A DNA stretch of 63,875 nucleotides, filler included, from an uncultured Gemmatimonadota bacterium (lineage in GTDB: Bacteria; Blakebacterota; Blakebacteria; Blakebacterales; Blakebacteraceae), in the NCBI GenBank assembly GCA_964576115.1. It is 8 parts of 8 records of this genome, joined end to end, with 100 filler letters (N's around TTAATTAATTAA, not from the genome) between each part and the next. Parts side by side here need not be neighbours in the genome. Positions count along the whole stretch, not along the records: positions 45,782 to 54,058 come from CAZNUA010000093.1; positions 54,159 to 61,509 come from CAZNUA010000096.1; 6 more parts are not named here. One strand, given 5' to 3'. Under the pieces are notes generated by a model. It was not told the origin of the DNA. It worked only from the letters and a program-made list of their open reading frames with translations, and ran no database searches. Both the position numbers and the translations under genes were made by a program. The first letter of the stretch is position 1. Each line of letters opens with the position of its first letter. Shown here piece after piece: positions 50,048 to 61,484 of this stretch.

Positions 50048-52567
50048 ATGCGCCGCCGTTCGTCTGTTTCGATCCTCTGTCTCGTCACGGCCATCACTCT
50101 CGGCACCTTCACCGGTCCGGCGGGCACCCTGGCCCAGAGCCGAACAGCTGTTACGGCCGAGATGCTGTCCGGGCTCACTCTGCGGTCGGTCGGACCTGCT
50201 CTGTTCACGGGTCGGGTCAACGATCTGGCCGTCCACTGGGATGAACCGTACACCTGGTACCTGGTGGCGGCTTCGGGGGGCGTCTGGAAGACGGTCAACG
50301 CCGGGACCACCTGGGAGCCGATCTTCGACGAGCAGGGTTCCTACTCGATCGGGACGGTCACGATCGATCCCCGCGATCCGCAGGTCATCTGGGTGGGAAC
50401 GGGCGAAAACAACAGCCAGCGCAGCGTGAGTTTCGGGGACGGGATATATAAGAGCACTGACGGCGGTGCGAGCTGGACCCGGATGGGGCTCGAACGCTCC
50501 GAGCACATCGCCCGGATCGTGATCGATCCGCGCGATTCCAGCACGATCTTCGCGGCCGCCCAGGGTCCGCTCTGGGCCGACGGCGGCGAGCGGGGGCTCT
50601 ACCGCACCCGTGACGGCGGCCGGAGCTGGGAGCGAGTGCTTCATGTCAGCGACATGACCGGGATCACCGACGTGGTTCTCGACCCGCGCGATCCCGACGT
50701 TCTGTACGCCAGCAGTTACCAGCGTCGCCGGCATGTGGGTATCCTCATCGCCGGCGGACCGGAATCGACCATCTACAAGAGCACCGACGGGGGCGACAGC
50801 TGGCGCGAGATAGAGCGCGGCTTGCAGCGCCAGGACCGGGGGCGGATCGGGCTGGCCATCTCGCCGCAGAATCCCGACGTGGTCTATGCCACCGTTCCCT
50901 CGACCGGGGAAAACAGCGGTTTCTACCGCTCCGATGATGGCGGGGAGCGCTGGGTGCGCATGAGCGACTGGTGTTCGGGCGATCCGCAGTACTACCAGGA
51001 ACTCTTTGCCGATCCGCACCGCTTCGACCGGCTCTACGGAGTGGCGATAAACCTGATGCGGACCGAGGACGGCGGAGCCACCTGGGAGGCGGTGCGCACG
51101 CCGGGGGTGCATGTGGATTACCACCACCTCACGATCGATCCGGGGGATCCCGATCACCTGCTGATCGGCAACGACGGCGGCCTTTACGAGAGCTTCGACC
51201 GCGGGCGGACCGCCCGGCATTTTTCGAACCTACCGATCACCCAGTACTACCGCGTGGCGGTCGACGACTACCGCCCCTTCTACCGGATCCTCGGCGGCAC
51301 CCAGGACAATGGTTCCCACATGGGCTTCTCGCAGACCCGCGACCGGGCCGGGATCCTGAACGAGCACTGGCAGAGCATCCAGGGGGGCGACGGTTTCCAG
51401 GCCCGGGTGGACCGGCAGGATCCCGACATCATCTACTCCGAATCGCAGTACGCCGGTATCCGCCGGGCCGATTTCAGCACCGGTGAGACCTGGAGNNNNN
51501 NNNNNNNNNNNNNNNNNNNNNNNNNNNNNNNNNNNNNNNNNNNNNNNNNNNNNNNNNNNNNNNNNNNNNNNNNNNNNNNNNNNNNNNNNNNNNNNATCGT
51601 CTCGCTCGACGAATCCCCCCTCGTGCCCGGTCTGCTCTATGTCGGCACCGATGACGGACTGGTGCAGGTCAGCGAGGACGACGGCGGCACCTGGCGGCGT
51701 GCGGAGCGCTTTCCCGGAGTGCCGGAGTTTACCTACGTCTCGGATGTCTGTGCCTCACAGCACGACCCGGATGCGGTCTACGTGACCTTCCAGAATCACA
51801 AGCAGGGGGACTTCTCGCCCTACGTGCTCAGGAGCGCCGATCGGGGCCGGACGTGGACGTCGATCACCGGTGACCTGCCCGCCCGGCATGTCACCTGGTC
51901 GATCATCGAGGACCACCTCGATCCCGATCTGCTCTTTCTGGGCACCGAATTCACCCTGTTCACTTCGATCGACGGGGGCGGGCACTGGCTCGAGCTCTCG
52001 GAAGGACTGCCGGTCATCCAGGTGCGTGACCTGGCGATCCAGACCCGCGAGGACGATCTCGTGCTGGGTACCTTCGGGCGCGGTTTCTACGTGCTCGACG
52101 ATTACTCCCCGCTGCGGCATCTCGACGAGATACCCTCCGGTACACAAGGCTATCTCTTTCCGGTCCAACCGGCCTTTCTCTACCGCTTCCTCATCGGGTC
52201 GCGCGGCTCGGGAGGCAGCGGGCGGTATGCGGCCCTCAATCCACCCTACGGGGCGAACCTCAACCTGTGGCTGCCGGCCGGGACGGAATCGACAGACGGC
52301 ACCTTCGCCCTGAGTCTCCGTGACTCCGGGGGCGATGAGGTCAGACGCCTCGAGGTGCCCGTCCGTCCGGGTCTGCAGCGGATCGTCTGGGATCTGCGCG
52401 AGGCCGCCCCCGAACCCGAAGAGGGTGAGCGCCGCCCCCGCCAGGGACCGGAGGTCGCCCCCGGCACGTTCACGGCGGTCCTGATCGCGATCGATTCCCG
52501 GGGCCGCGAAACCGAACTCTCTCCGTCAAGACTGATCAGGATCATGCCGCTGGAGCTGGACCGATGA
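50048..52567 (+). CDS. BNR/VPS10-like beta-propeller glycosyl hydrolase-related protein; internal gap 51496-51595
   Basis: GAAGGAG RBS, signal peptide, RSVGPA..GR, SGGVWKT, GTGE, Asp-boxes, GNDGG, GGTQDNG and GTFGRG. Confidence 0.88.
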   Translation: MRRRSSVSILCLVTAITLGTFTGPAGTLAQSRTAVTAEMLSGLTLRSVGPALFTGRVNDLAVHWDEPYTWYLVAASGGVWKTVNAGTTWEPIFDEQGSYSIGTVTIDPRDPQVIWVGTGENNSQRSVSFGDGIYKSTDGGASWTRMGLERSEHIARIVIDPRDSSTIFAAAQGPLWADGGERGLYRTRDGGRSWERVLHVSDMTGITDVVLDPRDPDVLYASSYQRRRHVGILIAGGPESTIYKSTDGGDSWREIERGLQRQDRGRIGLAISPQNPDVVYATVPSTGENSGFYRSDDGGERWVRMSDWCSGDPQYYQELFADPHRFDRLYGVAINLMRTEDGGATWEAVRTPGVHVDYHHLTIDPGDPDHLLIGNDGGLYESFDRGRTARHFSNLPITQYYRVAVDDYRPFYRILGGTQDNGSHMGFSQTRDRAGILNEHWQSIQGGDGFQARVDRQDPDIIYSESQYAGIRRADFSTGETWXXXXXXXXXXXXXXXXXXXXXXXXXXXXXXXXXXIVSLDESPLVPGLLYVGTDDGLVQVSEDDGGTWRRAERFPGVPEFTYVSDVCASQHDPDAVYVTFQNHKQGDFSPYVLRSADRGRTWTSITGDLPARHVTWSIIEDHLDPDLLFLGTEFTLFTSIDGGGHWLELSEGLPVIQVRDLAIQTREDDLVLGTFGRGFYVLDDYSPLRHLDEIPSGTQGYLFPVQPAFLYRFLIGSRGSGGSGRYAALNPPYGANLNLWLPAGTESTDGTFALSLRDSGGDEVRRLEVPVRPGLQRIVWDLREAAPEPEEGERRPRQGPEVAPGTFTAVLIAIDSRGRETELSPSRLIRIMPLELDR

Positions 52568-54051
52568 ACCGATCCCGCCGTCTTTGGACAGTTCCGGTTC
52601 CGGTCGTCATGGCGGCGGGGTTCCTGCTGGCCGCCTGTGCCGGACCGCCCGACATCGAGCCCACCGCGGTCGTGCCGAGCCCCGAGCAGATCGCCTACCA
52701 ACGGATGGAGTTCATCGGCTTCGTGCACTTCACGGTCAATACCTTCACCGACCGGGAGTGGGGGTATGGGGACGAATCGCCGGAGATCTTCAACCCCACC
52801 GCTTTCAGCGCCGAGCAGTGGGCCCGGGTTGCGGCCGAAGCGGGCATGAAGGAGCTGATCCTGACCGCCAAGCACCACGACGGGTTCTGCCTCTGGCCCT
52901 CGGCGCACACCGACCACTCGGTCACCGCCAGCCCCTGGCGCGACGGCGGGGGGGACGTTGTGCGAGAGTTCGTTCAAGCCTGCGCCCGGCACGGTCTCAA
53001 AGCCGGCCTCTACCTCTCCCCCTGGGACCGCAACCACGCCGACTACGGCCGGCCGGAGTACCTGGAGTACTACCGCAATCAGCTGCGCGAGCTGCTGACC
53101 GGCTATGGTGCGATCACCGAGATGTGGTTCGACGGCGCCAACGGGGGCACCGGTTACTACGGCGGCGCCCGCGAGGAACGGCGGATCGATCGCGAGACCT
53201 ACTACCGCTGGCCCGAGACCTGGGGGCTGGTCAAGGAACTGCAGCCGCACATCCTGATCTTCTCTGACGCCGGGCCCGACATCCGTTGGATCGGCAACGA
53301 ACGGGGCTATGCCGGCCGGACCTGCTGGTCCACCATCACCACCGCCGGGGTCGTGGTCGGGGCGGCCGATACGGAGTATCTGAACGCCGGCGACCCGGAG
53401 GGCCAGCAATGGGTCATCCCGTTGTGTGACACCTCGATCCGGCCGGGATGGTTCTACCACGCCTCCCAGGACGACCGGGTCAAACCGCTCGCGGAACTGC
53501 TCGAGGTCTACTACCGCTCGGTGGGGCGCAACTCGGTCCTGCTGCTCAATGTGCCTCCCGACCAGCGGGGTTTGTGGCACGAGAACGATGTGGCCGCCCT
53601 GCGCGAGTTCCGCCGCGTGCTGGACGAGACCTTTGCGACCGATCTGGTCGCTCAGCGGCCGGTCGAGGCCGATTCCCGTTACCACCGGCACCGCCGGTTC
53701 GCCCCGGGCAATGTCACCGACGGCGACCCCGATTCCTACTGGGCAGCCGAGGAGGGGGTGCGGGCGGCGAGCCTCGAGATCGATCTGGGCGCACCGATCC
53801 TCTTCGACCGGATCGTCTTACAGGAACCGATCCGCTTCGGTCAGCGGATCGCGGCTTTCACAGTCCAGGCCCGGGTGGCGGGGGAGTGGGTGACCGTGAT
53901 CGAAGAGACCACGATCGGGTACAAGCGGATCGTACGCTGTGAACCGGTCACGGCCGACCGGATCCGGATCGCGATTACACGCTCCCTGGCCTCACCGGCG
54001 CTCTCGACGGTCGGGCTCTACCGGGCTTCGCCCGACGAGATGCCTGAATGA
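52564..54051 (+). CDS. GH29 alpha-L-fucosidase with C-terminal F5/8 (CBM32-like) domain, lipoprotein
   Basis: LAAC lipobox, HFTVNTF, TAKHHDGFCLWPS, YLSPWD, WFDGA, SIRPGWFY and SVGRN; ATGA overlap with the BNR gene. Confidence 0.93.
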   Translation: MNRSRRLWTVPVPVVMAAGFLLAACAGPPDIEPTAVVPSPEQIAYQRMEFIGFVHFTVNTFTDREWGYGDESPEIFNPTAFSAEQWARVAAEAGMKELILTAKHHDGFCLWPSAHTDHSVTASPWRDGGGDVVREFVQACARHGLKAGLYLSPWDRNHADYGRPEYLEYYRNQLRELLTGYGAITEMWFDGANGGTGYYGGAREERRIDRETYYRWPETWGLVKELQPHILIFSDAGPDIRWIGNERGYAGRTCWSTITTAGVVVGAADTEYLNAGDPEGQQWVIPLCDTSIRPGWFYHASQDDRVKPLAELLEVYYRSVGRNSVLLLNVPPDQRGLWHENDVAALREFRRVLDETFATDLVAQRPVEADSRYHRHRRFAPGNVTDGDPDSYWAAEEGVRAASLEIDLGAPILFDRIVLQEPIRFGQRIAAFTVQARVAGEWVTVIEETTIGYKRIVRCEPVTADRIRIAITRSLASPALSTVGLYRASPDEMPE

Positions 54052-54058
54052 TCATCTC

Positions 54059-54158
54059 NNNNNNNNNNNNNNNNNNNNNNNNNNNNNNNNNNNNNNNNNN
54101 NNTTAATTAATTAANNNNNNNNNNNNNNNNNNNNNNNNNNNNNNNNNNNNNNNNNNNN
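54059..54158. other. Artificial contig spacer
   Basis: 44N-TTAATTAATTAA-44N. Confidence 0.98.
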
Positions 54159-54817
54159 CGTCCCATCTCCTCCAGGGCCGCCCAGGTCTCGGGCAGGCGG
54201 GTTCTTTTTTCGGCCGAAACCTGCAGCACGCTACGGGCGCCCAGGCTGGTGAGCAGGCCGGTGGATTGTATCCGGACCCGGGCCAGTTCGCTCTGCTTCG
54301 CTTTATCGCTCTTGGTCAGCAGAGCCACGTAGGGAATATCGAGAGTACCCAGCCAGTCGGCCATGTCCAGATCCGATTCTTCGGGGGGGCGACGGCCGTC
54401 GATCACCAGGGCCACCCCCCAGAGCCGCTCGCCGGCTTCGCCGGCCAGGTAGCCTTCGATCAGGGGCGCCCACCTGCCCCGCTCGCTCTTCGAGACCCGG
54501 GCATAGCCGTAACCGGGCAGGTCGATGAGGCGCAGTTCGCCGTCGCGCCAGTGGTCGTGCCCCATCCGGGACCGGACGCGGACCGCATACAGGTTCAGGG
54601 CCCGGGTCTTGCCCGGCGTGTTCGAGGTGCGGGCGAGATCCTTGCGCCCCAGCAGAACGTTGATCAGCGAGGACTTGCCGACATTGGAGCGACCGGCAAA
54701 GGCGATTTCGGGAATCCGTTCGTCGGGGGCGGGAAGCTGATCGAGAGCGTGAGCCGAGAGCAGGTACTCGCTCCCGATCACATCCTGCGGGCGGGCGGGG
54801 AAAACGGGCATCGGCAC
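54159..54817 (-). CDS. engB: Ribosome biogenesis GTPase YihA/YsxC (last codons truncated)
   Basis: GRSNVGKSS, TPGKT, DLPGYG and TKSDK. Confidence 0.93.
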
Positions 54818-54831
54818 GCCGCCCCGGGGGC

Positions 54832-56262
54832 TCAGGCCCGTTTCTTCTGCGGTTCGGCCTGCCCCGCGTCGGCCTCGTCGGTCCCGAGGTCAGCTTCGCC
54901 GGCTACGGCTGCGGCCCCGGCTGAAGCGGTATCCGCCGCACCGTCCGATCCGCCGTCCCCGGCGGTCGCATTTTTCAGATCGGCCGCGCCGGACCGCACC
55001 ATCTCGGGGCTGACCACGATCGCGCCCCGGGAGACCTCGCCGGGGATCTCGTACATGAGGTCGAGCATGACCGCTTCGAGGATCGAGCGCAGGGCCCGGG
55101 CGCCGGTGCCTTTCTTGACGGCCAGTTCGACCACCGTCTCGAGCGTGCCGTTGGTGAATTCGAGCTCGACGCCGTCCATCTCGAACGATTTGACGTACTG
55201 CTTGATCAGGGCGTTTTTCGGCTCGGTCAGGATCGTAAGCAGGGCCTCCTCGTCGAGATCGTCCAGAGCGCAGAGCACGGGCAGGCGCCCCACCAGCTCG
55301 GGGATGATGCCGTAGCGCAGCAGATCGTCGAACTCGGTCTGGACCAGCAGACCCCCCTTGCCGTGCTTGTCGGCTTCGGCCGACTGCCCGAAACCCACCA
55401 CCTTCTTGCCCAGCCGGCGGCCGACGATGGTTTCGAGCCCGTCGAAAGAACCGCCACAGATGAAGAGGATGTTGCGGGTGTCGATCTGGATCAGGGCCTG
55501 CTCGGGGTGCTTGCGACCCCCCTTGGGGGGTACCTGGGCCAGAGTGCCCTCGAGGATCTTCAGCAGGGCCTGCTGAACCCCCTCGCCCGAAACATCGCGG
55601 GTGATCGAGGGATTCTCGCTCTTGCGGGCGATCTTGTCCAGCTCGTCGACGTAAATGATGCCCAGCTCGGCCCGCTTGACGTCGTAGTCGGCCGCCTGCA
55701 GCAGACGCACCAGGATGTTCTCGACATCCTCGCCCACGTAGCCGGCTTCGGTCAGGGTGGTGGCGTCGGCGATGGTAAAGGGGACTTTCAGGAACCGGGC
55801 CAGGGTCTGGGCCAGCAGGGTTTTGCCCACTCCGGTGGGACCCATGAGCAGGATGTTCGATTTCTCCAGCTCGACATCGTCGTCGACCAGCTCGTGCAGG
55901 CCGGCCCGGTACTTGATGCGCTTGTAGTGGTTGTAGACCGCGACGGCCAGGGTCTTCTTGGCCTCGTCCTGGCCGATGACGTACTCATCGAGCACGGACA
56001 CGATCTCTTTGGGGGTAGGCAGGGTTTCGAGATCGAAATCGGGCGGGCGATCCTCTTCCTCGCGCAGGATGTCGTTACAGAGGCTGACGCACTCGTTGCA
56101 GATGTGCACCCCGGGCCCGGTGATCAGCTTCTGCACCTGTTCGGGGCCGCGGCCGCAGAAGGAACAGCGCAGGATGGGGGGTTTGCCCGCCGAGCCGGTG
56201 GGCCCCGAGCGGGCTTTCAGGTCGTGATCGTCGGGACCGAATCTGTTCTCGTCATCCGCCAT
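54832..56262 (-). CDS. clpX: ATP-dependent Clp protease ATPase subunit
   Basis: CSFC...ICNEC zinc domain, [31 protein letters not shown] loop and GARALR. Confidence 0.98.
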   Translation of the reverse strand: MADDENRFGPDDHDLKARSGPTGSAGKPPILRCSFCGRGPEQVQKLITGPGVHICNECVSLCNDILREEEDRPPDFDLETLPTPKEIVSVLDEYVIGQDEAKKTLAVAVYNHYKRIKYRAGLHELVDDDVELEKSNILLMGPTGVGKTLLAQTLARFLKVPFTIADATTLTEAGYVGEDVENILVRLLQAADYDVKRAELGIIYVDELDKIARKSENPSITRDVSGEGVQQALLKILEGTLAQVPPKGGRKHPEQALIQIDTRNILFICGGSFDGLETIVGRRLGKKVVGFGQSAEADKHGKGGLLVQTEFDDLLRYGIIPELVGRLPVLCALDDLDEEALLTILTEPKNALIKQYVKSFEMDGVELEFTNGTLETVVELAVKKGTGARALRSILEAVMLDLMYEIPGEVSRGAIVVSPEMVRSGAADLKNATAGDGGSDGAADTASAGAAAVAGEADLGTDEADAGQAEPQKKRA

Positions 56263-56280
56263 GCCGGCTCACCGTTCCTG

Positions 56281-56886
56281 TCAGGATTTCGCCTTCTTGG
56301 AGTTCTCTCCTGGATAGAAGACACTGTCAACCAGACCATATTCTTCGGCTGCCTCGGCATCCATGAAGAAGTTGCGGTCGGTGTCCTTCTCGATTCTCTC
56401 CCGCGGCTGGCCGGTATGGTCGGCCAGCATGTCGATCAGCCGATCCTTGAGCTTGAGCATCTCCCGGGCGTGGATCTCGATATCGGAGACCTGGCCCTCG
56501 ACCCCGCCCCACGGCTGATGGATCATGATCCGCGCGTTGGGCAGGCAGCTACGCTTGCCCGGAGTGCCGGCCGCAAGCAGGATGGCGCCCATACTGGCCG
56601 CCTGGCCCATGCAGATCGTGGCCACATCGCAGCGCAGGTACTGGATGGTATCGTAAATACCGAGTCCGGCCGTGACCGCTCCCCCGGGGGAGTTGATGTA
56701 GAGCTGTACGTCCTTGTCGGGATCCTCGGCGTCAAGAAAAAGGAGCTGAGCGATGATGAGGTTGGCCACGTTGTCGTCGATGGCCGTGCCGATGAACACG
56801 ATCCGGTCCTTGAGCAGACGGCTGTAGATATCGTAGGCCCGCTCGCCCCGCCCCGTCGTCTCCACCACAATGGGAATCAGTCCCAT
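56281..56886 (-). CDS. clpP: ATP-dependent Clp protease proteolytic subunit
   Basis: [29 protein letters not shown] and DRN. Confidence 0.98.
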   Translation of the reverse strand: MGLIPIVVETTGRGERAYDIYSRLLKDRIVFIGTAIDDNVANLIIAQLLFLDAEDPDKDVQLYINSPGGAVTAGLGIYDTIQYLRCDVATICMGQAASMGAILLAAGTPGKRSCLPNARIMIHQPWGGVEGQVSDIEIHAREMLKLKDRLIDMLADHTGQPRERIEKDTDRNFFMDAEAAEEYGLVDSVFYPGENSKKAKS

Positions 56887-56954
56887 GTCCCGCGTCCTTT
56901 CTTCTGTCCCTGTCTTCCCTGTCGTTCCCGGGGGCCCCGTTGTCCCGGTCCTCG

Positions 56955-58442
56955 CTACCGTCCCGGTATGATGAGACCACTGCCGCCGGAACCGGTTCCC
57001 GACTCATCCCCGGCGTCGCCGGTCTCCGCCGGACCCGCCGCCGGATCCGCTTCATTCATGATATCCTCTTCGGCCGACGTCCGACCGCCGGTCAGGCCCA
57101 GACCGCGGCGTTTCTGCTTCTTCGGGCTGATTGTCTTCTCTTTGACTTTGGCTTTTTCGATGATGAGATCGACGACTTTTTCTTCACGGATATCGGCCCG
57201 CAGACGATCGATGCGGTTGTTCTGCACGAATGCCTGGTAGGCTTCGTCGGGATCCATGCTGTAGTTCTCTGCGAAGGCGTTGATCCGGGCACGCACTTCT
57301 TCCTCGGTGGCCTCGATGGCCTCCTTCTCGGCGATACGGGCACCGACCATCTGCCACATCAGCTGCATCTGGGCCATGCCGCGGTACTGCTGGCGGATCG
57401 CCTCGGCGTCGACCTGCCGGCCTTCGCCCGCCGCCTGCTGCTGCTCGGCCACCACCCCGTCGAGATAGCGCTGCACCAGCGATTCGGGCACTTCGACCTC
57501 GTTGCTCCGCACCACCTGGTCGATCGCCTGGCCCACCATCACCCGCCGGGCTTCGGTATCCATGTGCCGTTCCAGATCCTCACGGACCTGGCTCTTCAGG
57601 GCCTCCAGGTTCTCGAAATCGCCCACCGCCCGGGCGTACTCGTCGTCGAGCGTGGGCAGGCGCTTCTCTTTGACCTCTTTGACCTGCACCAGGAAGATGT
57701 GCTCATGAGAACCGGCGGCTGCGGCACCGGGTCCGGCTGGGGCCTGCTGCCCGGCTCCGTCCCCGTGCTCGTCCCCGGCATGCGAGACCGTCACCCGGCG
57801 GTCGTCGCCTTTGACCGCCCCGGCCAGCTGACGGCCGACCTCGCTTCCCTCGCCTTCGCCGACCACGTGCAGAGTGCGGTTCTCCGATTTCTGGCCGATG
57901 ATCGGCATGCCGCTCTCGTCGCAGGTCAGGATATCCGCGATCAGGTAATCGCCGAACTCGGCCACGCGCTCGACCGGGATCAGCTCGGCGGTCCGTTCGC
58001 GCAGGTCGGCCAGGGCCGCTTCGACATCCTCATCGGTGACTTCACGTACGATCTTCTCGAGTTTGAGCCCCTCATACCCCGTGACCTCGAATTCGGGCAT
58101 CACCTCTACCGTGGCCTCTACGCTCATGGGGCCCTCGTCGCCGTAGTCGAGGTTTTCGACCCGCGGCGGCGCCAGGGGAACGATGTCGTGCTCTTTCAGG
58201 GCGTCGGTGATTGCCGACGGAAGCACGGCATCGATCGCTTCGACCCGGATCTGGTCGCCGTGGCGTTTGAGCACGATGTGCTCGGGCACCTTGCCTTTGC
58301 GGAAGCCGTCGACCTTGATCTTGCGGCGGTATTCCCTGAGCAGGCGCTGTTCCTCCCGCTCCACGTATTCACGCGGAATCTCGAGCTCGACGCGGCGCAT
58401 CCAGGTGGAGGTTTCGGTGATGCTGACGGTGACGTTTTCGAT
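56955..58442 (-). CDS. tig: Trigger factor; proposed start is ATC at 58442 (the ORF-track start lies inside the tRNA)
   Basis: GFRKGKVP ribosome-binding motif, EVMPEF and tig-clpP-clpX synteny; AGGAG 7 nt before the ATC. Confidence 0.88.
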   Translation of the reverse strand: MENVTVSITETSTWMRRVELEIPREYVEREEQRLLREYRRKIKVDGFRKGKVPEHIVLKRHGDQIRVEAIDAVLPSAITDALKEHDIVPLAPPRVENLDYGDEGPMSVEATVEVMPEFEVTGYEGLKLEKIVREVTDEDVEAALADLRERTAELIPVERVAEFGDYLIADILTCDESGMPIIGQKSENRTLHVVGEGEGSEVGRQLAGAVKGDDRRVTVSHAGDEHGDGAGQQAPAGPGAAAAGSHEHIFLVQVKEVKEKRLPTLDDEYARAVGDFENLEALKSQVREDLERHMDTEARRVMVGQAIDQVVRSNEVEVPESLVQRYLDGVVAEQQQAAGEGRQVDAEAIRQQYRGMAQMQLMWQMVGARIAEKEAIEATEEEVRARINAFAENYSMDPDEAYQAFVQNNRIDRLRADIREEKVVDLIIEKAKVKEKTISPKKQKRRGLGLTGGRTSAEEDIMNEADPAAGPAETGDAGDESGTGSGGSGLIIPGR

Positions 58443-58528
58443 GGCGGAGCTCCTGACTCTTCTGAATCCGGTGTTTTCCGGGTATCGGGGCATTCCCGGG
58501 GATCCGGCGCCCGTGTGACTCATCTGTC

Positions 58529-58613
58529 TGGTGCGAGAGGGGGGACTCGAACCCCCATGGGAAAGCCCACAGGATCCTAAATCCTGCGCGTCTACCAGTT
58601 CCGCCACTCTCGC
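58529..58613 (-). tRNA. tRNA-Leu(TAG)
   Basis: Acceptor stem GCGAGAG/CTCTCGC + ACCA, D-loop TGGTAGAC, anticodon arm CAGGA-TTTAGGA-TCCTG, long variable arm, GTTCGA T-loop; 85 nt. Confidence 0.97.
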
Positions 58614-58659
58614 GAGGCTCGGTGTGGCTGCTGGTTCCGCATCTTAGGCTAGAAGTTCC

Positions 58660-58688
58660 AATATGCAGGGCCGGGAAGAGGGCGTCAA
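58660..58688 (-). promoter_or_regulatory. Sigma70-type promoter for tRNA-Leu-tig-clpPX
   Basis: Minus strand reads TTGACG-N17-CATATT. Confidence 0.6.
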
Positions 58689-58835
58689 CCGGGGCACACC
58701 GCGCCATTGTCGCATCATCGCTCTGAAGCAGAAAGACACGCAAGCAGGTTGCAGGAAATACCTGGGCTCCGATACGATAACGGGTTGAGATGAAGTGACA
58801 TAAACGGGTCATCTGATCCCGCGACTGAGGAAAGC

Positions 58836-60587
58836 ATGACAGTCAGGAATCCATTCCCCGTCCCACCGGCCGGCGGAGGGGGGCGACCGACCGGAACTCC
58901 GGGACGTGTCCGCCTGGCCCCCGCCTTCCCTTTGATCATAACCCTGCTGATCCTCGTGGCCGGCACCGTGCCGGGCCGGGTGCGGGCCGCACCTCTGCCC
59001 GGTTGCCCGGGTCCGCCCCAGGACCCGGCCCAGCAGGAGAAACTCACCATCGGTGTGCTCGATCTCGACGCCGAGGGGGTCGATGACACCGAAGCCCGTA
59101 CCATCACGGGGCGGCTGCGCATCTGGCTGGGACGCACCGGGGCCTTCGAGGTGATCGAGCGCAACCAGATGGAGAACATCATGGAGGAGATGGGCTTTCA
59201 GTTCTCCGGGGCCTGCGACACCGATGAATGCGTGGTGCAGGTCGGGCGGGTCCTGGGAGCCAGCAAGATGGTGGCGGGCAGCGTGTCGAAAGTGGGCTCC
59301 CTCTACAGCCTGCAGATCCGGATCATCGACATCACCACCTCGCGCATCGAGCACACCTCCTTCAACGATGAGCCGCGAGGCATCGAGTTCGTGCTGACCG
59401 AAGCCACCCGGGAGGTCGCCAACGAGCTGGCCGCCAACGTCACCGGCCAGGCGGTCGAGCCGGCCGAGCCGGCTCAACCCGCCGTTGCCCAGCCCGGCCG
59501 GGTCACGACCGCCAACGTGCGAGTCGAGTCGGATCCGCCGGGGGCCGCCATCACCTATGAAGGGAACGATCTCGGCACCACCCCGGCCACGATCATCCTG
59601 CCCGAGGGCAGCCAGCAGATCGTGCTCGCCCTCGACGGGTACCGCGAGCGGACCCGCACGATCGAGGTCATTGCCGGGCGCAATCAGGATGTCACCGTCG
59701 AACTCGAGGAGATCCCGACCGGGTTCCTGAACCTGACCACCGACCCGGTCCAGTGCGAGGTCTTCATCGACGGCGAGAACGTCGGCCAGCGCAGTCCCCT
59801 GCAGCGCTGGCAGGTCTATGAAGGCACTCATCAGGTCGAAGTCCGCCGTGACGGGTACACCTCCCAGACCCGCCGAATCACGATCGCACCGCGGCAGACC
59901 ACCACCGAAGAGTTCACCCTGCGACGCAGCGGTTCGGCCCAGATCACCTTCCGTTCCACGCTCAACGGCGGCCGGCTGACCATTACCGGCGACGAGGAGG
60001 AAGCCGCCCTTCTGGCCAATCCCGAACAGACGGTCGCCATCCCGCCCGGCAACTACACTCTGACCGTCAAGGCCAAGGGTTATGCGCCCTGGCGCCAGCA
60101 GCTCACCCTGGGCGACGGCGCCAACGAGATCGTGCCCGTCACCCTGCGTCCCAAGTCGCGGATCGTGGCCGGATTTCTCTCGCTGATCCCCGGTATGGGC
60201 CAGTTCTACTCGGGGCGGGGAATGATGGGGGTGCTCTGGCTCGGCGGAGTGGGAGCCACGGCCGGCATGGCTCTGGGCGAGCAGGGTACCTACGACGGGC
60301 TGCTCGATGAATACGATGCCCTGAAGGAAGAGTACGACAACGCCACCACCACGGCCGAGATCAACAACCTGCGCACTCAGATGGAAGAAAAGTACGCCGA
60401 GGTCCAGGACAGTTACGACAAAATGAGCAGCATGGCCTCGATCATGACCATCGTGTACGCCGTCAATGTCCTCGACGCCTTCGCCCTGATGCCCCGGTTG
60501 CGCCCCTTCGGCTCAGGTCTGCAGACCGACCTCGACCTGGGCGTGCACCAGGGCCGCCTCTGCTTCACCCTTACCCTTGGTTTCTGA
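58836..60587 (+). CDS. PEGA-repeat protein with N-terminal CsgG/TolB-N-like domain and C-terminal hydrophobic/coiled-coil region
   Basis: VIERNQM...CDTDEC..QVGRVLGA...GSVSK; repeats such as VESDPPGA..G.TP and DGY; IPGMGQFY; C-terminal Phe. Confidence 0.75.
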   Translation: MTVRNPFPVPPAGGGGRPTGTPGRVRLAPAFPLIITLLILVAGTVPGRVRAAPLPGCPGPPQDPAQQEKLTIGVLDLDAEGVDDTEARTITGRLRIWLGRTGAFEVIERNQMENIMEEMGFQFSGACDTDECVVQVGRVLGASKMVAGSVSKVGSLYSLQIRIIDITTSRIEHTSFNDEPRGIEFVLTEATREVANELAANVTGQAVEPAEPAQPAVAQPGRVTTANVRVESDPPGAAITYEGNDLGTTPATIILPEGSQQIVLALDGYRERTRTIEVIAGRNQDVTVELEEIPTGFLNLTTDPVQCEVFIDGENVGQRSPLQRWQVYEGTHQVEVRRDGYTSQTRRITIAPRQTTTEEFTLRRSGSAQITFRSTLNGGRLTITGDEEEAALLANPEQTVAIPPGNYTLTVKAKGYAPWRQQLTLGDGANEIVPVTLRPKSRIVAGFLSLIPGMGQFYSGRGMMGVLWLGGVGATAGMALGEQGTYDGLLDEYDALKEEYDNATTTAEINNLRTQMEEKYAEVQDSYDKMSSMASIMTIVYAVNVLDAFALMPRLRPFGSGLQTDLDLGVHQGRLCFTLTLGF

Positions 60588-60590
60588 GCG

Positions 60591-61484
60591 ATGATGAGAT
60601 CAACGAAGGAACGACGCCCGCTCCGCCTGTGGCTTGCCGCCGGCGGTCCCCTGGTGCTGGCCGTACTGCTCGCTGCAGTCACCGCCTGCGACCAGATCAT
60701 CCTGCCCGAAGAACCGGAGGAGCCGGTCTACGACAACCCGGTCGACCCCGATTCCCCCGACTTCGTGGCCCCGCAGACGACCATCACGGATGGTCCGGCC
60801 GAAGGATCGACCATTTCGACCAACTCGGCCACCTTCACCTGGCAGGGGAACCTTTCGGGCATGCTCTTTCAGGCCCGCCTGAACGGCAGCGACTGGTCGC
60901 CCTGGTCGACGGCGGTCGGGGTCACTCTCGAGTACCTGGATGAAATCGCGTACACCTTCGAAGTGCGCAGTGCGTACAATCCCGGCGTGGGCAACACGCC
61001 GACGCTGATCGACGACAGCCCGGCCTCGCGCAGCTTCACGGTCGACGCCGTGACCGGTCCCGCTCTGCGGCTGAGCCCGACCCTGACCCTGCTGGAGCAG
61101 GACGACACATTTGACATCGACCTCATCGCCGAGGATGTCAGCGACCTGATGATGGTTGCCACCATCATCCGCTTCAATCCCAACCGGCACCAGGTGATCT
61201 CGGCCCCGACCGAGGGTTCTTTCCTGACCTCCACCGGCGGGAGTATCGCGAAATACATCGTGTACGACAACTCCGCCGGCACGATCGAGGTGAACATGGC
61301 CACCGCCACCGGTTCGCCCCCGGGGGTGAGCGGCACAGGCACCGTGCTGACCATCCAATTCCAGCAGATCAACAGTGAAAACGGTGCCATATGGTTCGCC
61401 ACCGGCAGTTCGGTCATGCGCGATTCGAACAACAACGCCATTACACTCACCGGCACCCACGGTGCGGTCACCATCATTCGCTAG
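60591..61484 (+). CDS. Lipoprotein with Ig-like and cohesin-like domains
   Basis: VTAC lipobox, DNPVDP, PQTTITDGP, YTFEVRS and GVSGTGTVLTIQF. Confidence 0.7.
   Translation: MMRSTKERRPLRLWLAAGGPLVLAVLLAAVTACDQIILPEEPEEPVYDNPVDPDSPDFVAPQTTITDGPAEGSTISTNSATFTWQGNLSGMLFQARLNGSDWSPWSTAVGVTLEYLDEIAYTFEVRSAYNPGVGNTPTLIDDSPASRSFTVDAVTGPALRLSPTLTLLEQDDTFDIDLIAEDVSDLMMVATIIRFNPNRHQVISAPTEGSFLTSTGGSIAKYIVYDNSAGTIEVNMATATGSPPGVSGTGTVLTIQFQQINSENGAIWFATGSSVMRDSNNNAITLTGTHGAVTIIR

Noticed and set aside
49855..50310. 151-aa minus-strand ORF in the TSUP/BNR divergent region
   Set aside because: It overlaps the BNR gene start and runs across promoter-like elements; it has no motifs or RBS.
58443..58607. 55-aa N-terminal extension of trigger factor in the ORF track
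   Set aside because: It is translated through the tRNA-Leu gene and is not homologous to TF.
58529..58836. tRNA as a possible integration site for a genomic island
   Set aside because: No integrase, duplicated tRNA 3' end or compositional shift is visible; tRNA-Leu next to tig-clpP-clpX is ordinary synteny.
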